DNA of 47,345 bases from an uncultured Gammaproteobacteria bacterium. GTDB taxonomy: Bacteria > Patescibacteriota > Microgenomatia > CAYQLK01. The stretch is from assembly GCA_964426075.1 (NCBI GenBank), contig CAYROP010000002.1, forward strand, positions 1-47,345, in the 5' to 3' direction. Shown here one piece after another: positions 43,025 to 47,345 of the stretch (the stretch's first letter is position 1; each line of letters starts with the position of its first letter). The translations under genes were made by a program, and so were the position numbers. A model generated the notes under the pieces. The model ran no database searches, was not told the origin of the DNA, and was given only the letters and a program-made list of their open reading frames with translations.

Positions 43025-43570
43025 CTAAAACTCATATGTTCTCGAAACCACCGATGATTCGATTTTTATACTTGCCTGATATTCCGGCCTTGAGGGAGCA
43101 CCAACCGGCTGGCTAACATTAAATGTATATTGAAGTGCCGGAGGCTCCTTACCACTTGTTCCATTAATAACCTGAAAATCACACCCTGTAATATTTACCC
43201 CTTTTGTATTATCCGCTGGATCATAAAAGGTCAAACCAGTCGTAATTCCAGCATTTGTTATCTCCAACCTGCCATTTGTAACAGCCGTGCCATTTATACA
43301 AGTAAGCAAAGAACTTACACCATCACCATCAATTACCGTTACCTGTGTTGATGAAACCTGCACCAACCCCCGAGCGGCCTGAATTTTTCTCGTAATCTGC
43401 TCAGAGGCATTTCTACCTGCTTCTTTAACATTAATTTGAGCTTGTGTTTTATTACTGGTAGAAATAGTCGAAATAAAAACTGCAGTTCCCGCTGTTAGAA
43501 CTACACCAAGAATTGCCATCACCACTAAAACTTCAACAATTGTAAATCCTTTTTTGTTTGGTCTTTTCAT
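43025..43570 (-). CDS. Prepilin-type minor pilin
   Basis: MKRPNKKGFTIVEVLVVMAILGVV is a class III signal peptide with G/FTxxE. The start is set at 43570 rather than the ORF-track 43624. Confidence 0.65.
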   Translation of the reverse strand: MKRPNKKGFTIVEVLVVMAILGVVLTAGTAVFISTISTSNKTQAQINVKEAGRNASEQITRKIQAARGLVQVSSTQVTVIDGDGVSSLLTCINGTAVTNGRLEITNAGITTGLTFYDPADNTKGVNITGCDFQVINGTSGKEPPALQYTFNVSQPVGAPSRPEYQASIKIESSVVSRTYEF

Positions 43571-43574
43571 AACA

Positions 43575-44138
43575 CTAAAAACTAAGATCTCCAGTCTCAC
43601 AACTTGTCTCATCTGCTGCCACATAAGTCAGCCCTCCTTGAGTCCAATCCGTTAAAATTGTCTTCTTCTTCGAATATCTTGCTCCCGTACTGTCATTAAA
43701 TCTTACAGTCGAAAATATACAAAGTGCATATGGGCCTTGGTTAGTATCAAGCTCTTGAATCCTAGTTAAAGGATAAAATTCTACATTTTCAATCACCACA
43801 GGTACCGAGGCTGATGCACAAGAAACAGCAACAGTTAAATTAAAATCAGCCGGTGACCCAGAATAACCGTAACAACTAGAGGATCCGCCAGCCAAAGCAA
43901 AAAATCCAGCCCAGTCATCTGCAGTGATTCTTCTGTCTCGTTCGGCTCTTACTTCTTCAATCATTTTTTGACTTAGTTCAGCTGCTATCGATTGATTCTG
44001 CGAAAATTTTGAATCCTTAACAGAAATAAGTGAGGCAGAAATAAGTGAAACAGAAATAAGCACAACAATCGTTGAGGCAATCAAAACCTCAATCAGTGTC
44101 TGTCCGCTATTTCTTTTATTCAATTTACTTCGTAACAT
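43575..44138 (-). CDS. Prepilin-type minor pilin
   Basis: The SGQTLIEVLIASTIVVL N-terminal methylation-type motif. Confidence 0.6.
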   Translation of the reverse strand: MLRSKLNKRNSGQTLIEVLIASTIVVLISVSLISASLISVKDSKFSQNQSIAAELSQKMIEEVRAERDRRITADDWAGFFALAGGSSSCYGYSGSPADFNLTVAVSCASASVPVVIENVEFYPLTRIQELDTNQGPYALCIFSTVRFNDSTGARYSKKKTILTDWTQGGLTYVAADETSCETGDLSF

Positions 44139-44718
44139 AAACTTCTCCCGATCTAGTTATTATGACCCTTTGCGTATTATCGGTTGGGTCAGAAATGCTG
44201 TTATTAGTTAATGTTATCTCAACTTGCTGTGTTGCAATTACCGGAATAGAAGCAAAGTTAATCGGATAATAACTAATTTTTCCATTAACCGGTGTAAAAA
44301 GCCCAAAGATCTGACTCGGCTGAGCAACACCATCGATTCTGACACTACTGATCACAACTCTGGAATTTTTAGTTGATTTAAGCTCAGTATTAAATGGTGT
44401 CACTGTATTTGTGGTACTCCTGCATGCCCCCGCAATACTGTATGTATTTTGTGCTGCACCTGACTGTACCGCAAAATACCAACCCAAAAGAGTATCAGTC
44501 GCATTACAAGTTGTGCCTTTTGACCCTGACAAAGACCGGCTCTGCGCTAGACGAATATTAGCCTTCATCTCCTCAGCTGATAGTTTAAGATCTTGGTCTT
44601 GTTGAAAATTACTAAACGAAGGAATAACCAGTGCAGCCAAAAATCCCATAATCACCACAACCACCAAAAGCTCAATTATGGAATATCCTTTTTTATATTT
44701 AGGCAGGTATCGTTGCAT
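44125..44718 (-). CDS. Prepilin-type minor pilin, GspH/FimT-like
   Basis: KKGYSIIELLVVVVIMGFLAALVIPSF, followed by a segment resembling GspH/FimT (ANIRLAQSRSL). Confidence 0.6.
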   Translation of the reverse strand: MQRYLPKYKKGYSIIELLVVVVIMGFLAALVIPSFSNFQQDQDLKLSAEEMKANIRLAQSRSLSGSKGTTCNATDTLLGWYFAVQSGAAQNTYSIAGACRSTTNTVTPFNTELKSTKNSRVVISSVRIDGVAQPSQIFGLFTPVNGKISYYPINFASIPVIATQQVEITLTNNSISDPTDNTQRVIITRSGEVYVTK

Positions 44719-44771
44719 TACTTACTTAATATTAAGTTTATGCCTAGTATTTGTGCAAATCATTCTCCAAA

Positions 44772-45542
44772 TTAAAGCCTAGCCATATACCACTTCAAAA
44801 TAACATCTCCCCAAAACCAAGCTGTCACAAATCCAAAAACCAAAAACGGACCAAAAGGTACGGCTTGTTTTAATCCCTTTTTGTTTTTTATCATTAAAAC
44901 CACCCCAAATATTGCTCCGTAAATAAAAGAAAGCATTAGTCCCAAAATTACAATCGGCAATCCTAACCCATACCCCATCCAAACCGCCAAACCCACATCC
45001 CCAAGACCAATACCCTTAAATTTTGTAATTATCCATAGTAGTAAAAAAAATCCTACTGCCACCAATACTCCTAACAATCGAGTGGGGGAGAAATCAAAGT
45101 TATTAATTAGTATCAAAACCACCAAAGCTACAGCATTCAGCTCGTGAGGCAAAATATAATAAAAAATATCGATTACGGTCAAAAAGCTTAAAACCAAAAG
45201 CAATAACACATTTAAAATAATCAATTGGTTACTCCAAAGTGTTGGGTGAGACCAAAGCCCGTAAGCAAAAATCACCCATAATACTCCTACCGTTATTTCA
45301 GAAATTGGATACGACAATGCAATCTTTTTTTTACAATAGCGACACTTACCACCCACCAATAAATAGCTAAATAACGGAACCAAATCTTTATAGCTCAAAA
45401 CATGTTTGCAGCTTGGGCAAAATGATCTTTTTTTCAGTAAGTATTTTTTATCCGTCTCTAAGCGAAAAGATAATGAGCCAAAAAAACTTGCCATCACCAA
45501 ACCAAAAATAAAAGCAAAAAGGAAAAAAATTACTAATTCCAT
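44772..45542 (-). CDS. pilD: Prepilin peptidase / N-methyltransferase (A24 family)
   Basis: Polytopic membrane protein. An N-terminal CPSC...CRYC zinc-binding motif. The GLGDV segment contains the conserved catalytic Asp. Confidence 0.85.
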   Translation of the reverse strand: MELVIFFLFAFIFGLVMASFFGSLSFRLETDKKYLLKKRSFCPSCKHVLSYKDLVPLFSYLLVGGKCRYCKKKIALSYPISEITVGVLWVIFAYGLWSHPTLWSNQLIILNVLLLLVLSFLTVIDIFYYILPHELNAVALVVLILINNFDFSPTRLLGVLVAVGFFLLLWIITKFKGIGLGDVGLAVWMGYGLGLPIVILGLMLSFIYGAIFGVVLMIKNKKGLKQAVPFGPFLVFGFVTAWFWGDVILKWYMARL

Positions 45543-45598
45543 ATGTATCTAAAAATTATAGCCATAATCAGTAAGTCGTGAAGGGGAGTAAATAATAT

Positions 45599-46195
45599 CT
45601 ATAAACTTGGACGTGGCCAGACTGGCCCAGCTGAAGTGCACCACCAATACGTAAGTTGTAACAAAGAATCATAAACATAATAAACTTCTGCATTATTTCC
45701 ATAAACATAAGTTCCTGGATCACAAGTCGGTGAATTCATCGTATCCAACTGCCCTTTGGCTCCCTCAATTTTTGTTGCATTCATAAGAGCATACAACCTA
45801 AATCTCGATCCATTACCGTTTGAATCGTAAACAATATTTTGGTTTTTAACATTTTTTACGATTTTTGAAGCAACTAACAACTCATCCCAACCTGCATTCT
45901 CAATAATTCCACCAGGACACACCCCAGCAGTGCCTGCACAACCCTCATTAGGTGCCGTTAAAGTTCCTGGATTAGCCGGAGCAGTCGTTACACCAATCAC
46001 ATACCGACCGTTATTCTCGGCACCATAGGCTTCCATAGCACCAGCAATCTGGTTAATTTCAGCCTTGATACTATTATCTTTTGCCCTAGCAATCTGAGCA
46101 GCCGGATCAATTAAAGTGATTGCAACACCTGAAAGCACACCAAGCAAAGAAATTGTCACCAACAATTCAATTAAGGTAAATCCTTTATTTCTCAT
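45599..46195 (-). CDS. Type IV pilin (prepilin-type N-terminus)
   Basis: MRNKGFTLIELLVTISLLGVL. The C-terminal VYYVYD...YWWC block is shared with the adjacent pilin. Confidence 0.75.
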   Translation of the reverse strand: MRNKGFTLIELLVTISLLGVLSGVAITLIDPAAQIARAKDNSIKAEINQIAGAMEAYGAENNGRYVIGVTTAPANPGTLTAPNEGCAGTAGVCPGGIIENAGWDELLVASKIVKNVKNQNIVYDSNGNGSRFRLYALMNATKIEGAKGQLDTMNSPTCDPGTYVYGNNAEVYYVYDSLLQLTYWWCTSAGPVWPRPSL

Positions 46196-46298
46196 ATTTT
46201 CACTCTCCCGATCCTTAGTGGCTTATAAGCCAAACCGTTTGCAACCGATTTACACCTAAAAAGCCAATAAGATATTCGGGCAGTTTTTCTACACATGC

Positions 46299-46850
46299 TT
46301 ATAAAGCAGTAGGGGCTGTTCCTGACGCGTGACAGTGCCAATACGGCTTCCCTGCGGTCGTGTCATAGACGTAGTACACAGCAGCAGATCCGCCAGGATA
46401 TGCAGCGTTACAAGTCGTAGTTGCTCCTCCAGCAGTCTGATCGTTAGAACCCTCCTCCCAGGCCAACTGAGTGGCGGCTAACTGACGATAAACCCTAAAT
46501 GTTAACCCAGTAGCAGTTGAGTCATACACAACAGCCTGATCTCTAACATTTTTAATCTCACCTGAGGTCACCAATGTAGAGTCCCAAGATCCAGCACTTG
46601 CCGCACCTTCAACACCACCAGACAATGATCCAGTTACACCTTGGATGTATACAGCATTGTGTGAAACACCATATGCTTCCAAAGCTCCTGCAATCTGTGA
46701 AATATCAGATTTCTTTCCAGCGTCACCTGCACGCTGAATTTGTTTAGCTGGGTCGATTGCAATCAAAACGACACCGGCTAGTACTCCAATAATCGCAATT
46801 GTGACCAAAAGCTCGATAAGAGTAAAACCCCTTTGAATTTGTTTTTTCAT
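46299..46850 (-). CDS. Type IV pilin, paralog with higher GC and Ala/Gly-rich globular domain (likely major pilin)
   Basis: MKKQIQRGFTLIELLVTIAIIGVLAG. C-terminal VYYVYD...YWHC block. First pilin gene after pilC. Confidence 0.75.
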   Translation of the reverse strand: MKKQIQRGFTLIELLVTIAIIGVLAGVVLIAIDPAKQIQRAGDAGKKSDISQIAGALEAYGVSHNAVYIQGVTGSLSGGVEGAASAGSWDSTLVTSGEIKNVRDQAVVYDSTATGLTFRVYRQLAATQLAWEEGSNDQTAGGATTTCNAAYPGGSAAVYYVYDTTAGKPYWHCHASGTAPTAL

Positions 46851-46890
46851 TAGTTTGTTAATAATATTTCACCCCCCTTCAAGAATATTT

Positions 46891-47345
46891 TTAAAATTTG
46901 CTTGTAAGATTGTAGATAGGCAGAATGATCGAAATAACAAGTAAGCCAACTCCAAGACCTAGGATTACCAAAATAAAAGGCTCCAAAGCTGTTGTAACAT
47001 TCTTAACCAGCTGATCAGCTTCGTTTTCAAAATAATTAGCAAGTCTATTCAAAACATCATCCAACTTACCTGTCTCTTCACCAACTTTGACCATCTGTGA
47101 CACGATTGGAGGGAAAATTTCTGACTGTTCGATCTGATCATAAAGCTGAGCACCTTTTTCAATTTTATCGATTGAAAGAAGTAACGATTTCTCGTAATTA
47201 ACATTATTAACGATCCCAGTACTAACTCTAAGTGATTCAATAATTGGTACACCAGCCTCCAATAATAATCCTAAAGTTCTCGTAAACTCAACCAAAATAA
47301 TACCTCTATTAATACGGCCAAAAACCGGAATTTTTAACTTCAGAT
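46891..47345 (-). CDS. pilC: Type IV pilus platform protein PilC (GspF family), C-terminal part; 5' end lies outside the window
   Basis: The frame stays open upstream of the ORF-track start to the window edge (LKLKIPVFGRINRGIILVEFTRTLGLLLEAGVPII). Typical GspF repeat and terminal TM helix. Confidence 0.8.
   Translation of the reverse strand, partial: LKLKIPVFGRINRGIILVEFTRTLGLLLEAGVPIIESLRVSTGIVNNVNYEKSLLLSIDKIEKGAQLYDQIEQSEIFPPIVSQMVKVGEETGKLDDVLNRLANYFENEADQLVKNVTTALEPFILVILGLGVGLLVISIILPIYNLTSKF

Noticed and set aside
1-47345. CRISPR arrays, integrases, transposases, IS elements and prophage genes as explanations for the GC-rich cassettes
   Set aside because: No array of regularly spaced repeats is present, and no ORF has recombinase, transposase or phage hallmark motifs. 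The only att-like signal is the short tRNA-Phe 3' end duplicate, which is reported separately.

Overview
This is an AT-rich bacterial chromosome segment. Hand-counted 60-nt samples give about 20% GC at nt 328 and about 42% at thrS. The gene content resembles a reduced Patescibacteria/CPR-like genome, though that assignment is inference. Gene order along the window: (1) a cell-envelope glycosylation block (GT4, a large polytopic membrane protein, two divergent GT2+GtrA pairs, galE); (2) murT/gatD lipid II amidation genes and a peptidoglycan hydrolase; (3) a MacAB-like adaptor/ABC export module; (4) the thrS-infC-rpmI-rplT-pheS-pheT block; (5) PBP1A, tyrS, recG, rpmF, nusB, an ACP-like gene, rnc, rpsP, a KH protein and trmD; (6) a type IV pilus cluster (pilO/N/M-like genes, four prepilin-type or PilX-like proteins, pilD, two tandem pilins, partial pilC). 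There are seven tRNA genes: Gly-GCC, Phe-GAA, Val-UAC, Leu-UAG, Leu-CAG, Leu-GAG and Val-GAC. The unusual signal is a set of seven sharply bounded GC-rich units (about 55% GC), all on the + strand. Each has a near-consensus sigma70-type promoter and its own intrinsic terminator, and several sit next to tRNA genes. They encode a divergent GAPDH, an OMP-decarboxylase-like protein, two HD-domain hydrolases and three proteins I cannot assign. One is an ORF-free unit of about 740 nt that looks like a large structured RNA. A conserved two-hairpin leader precedes three of the tRNA genes. I saw no CRISPR array, integrase or transposase. All family assignments rest on motif recognition by eye, not on database searches.
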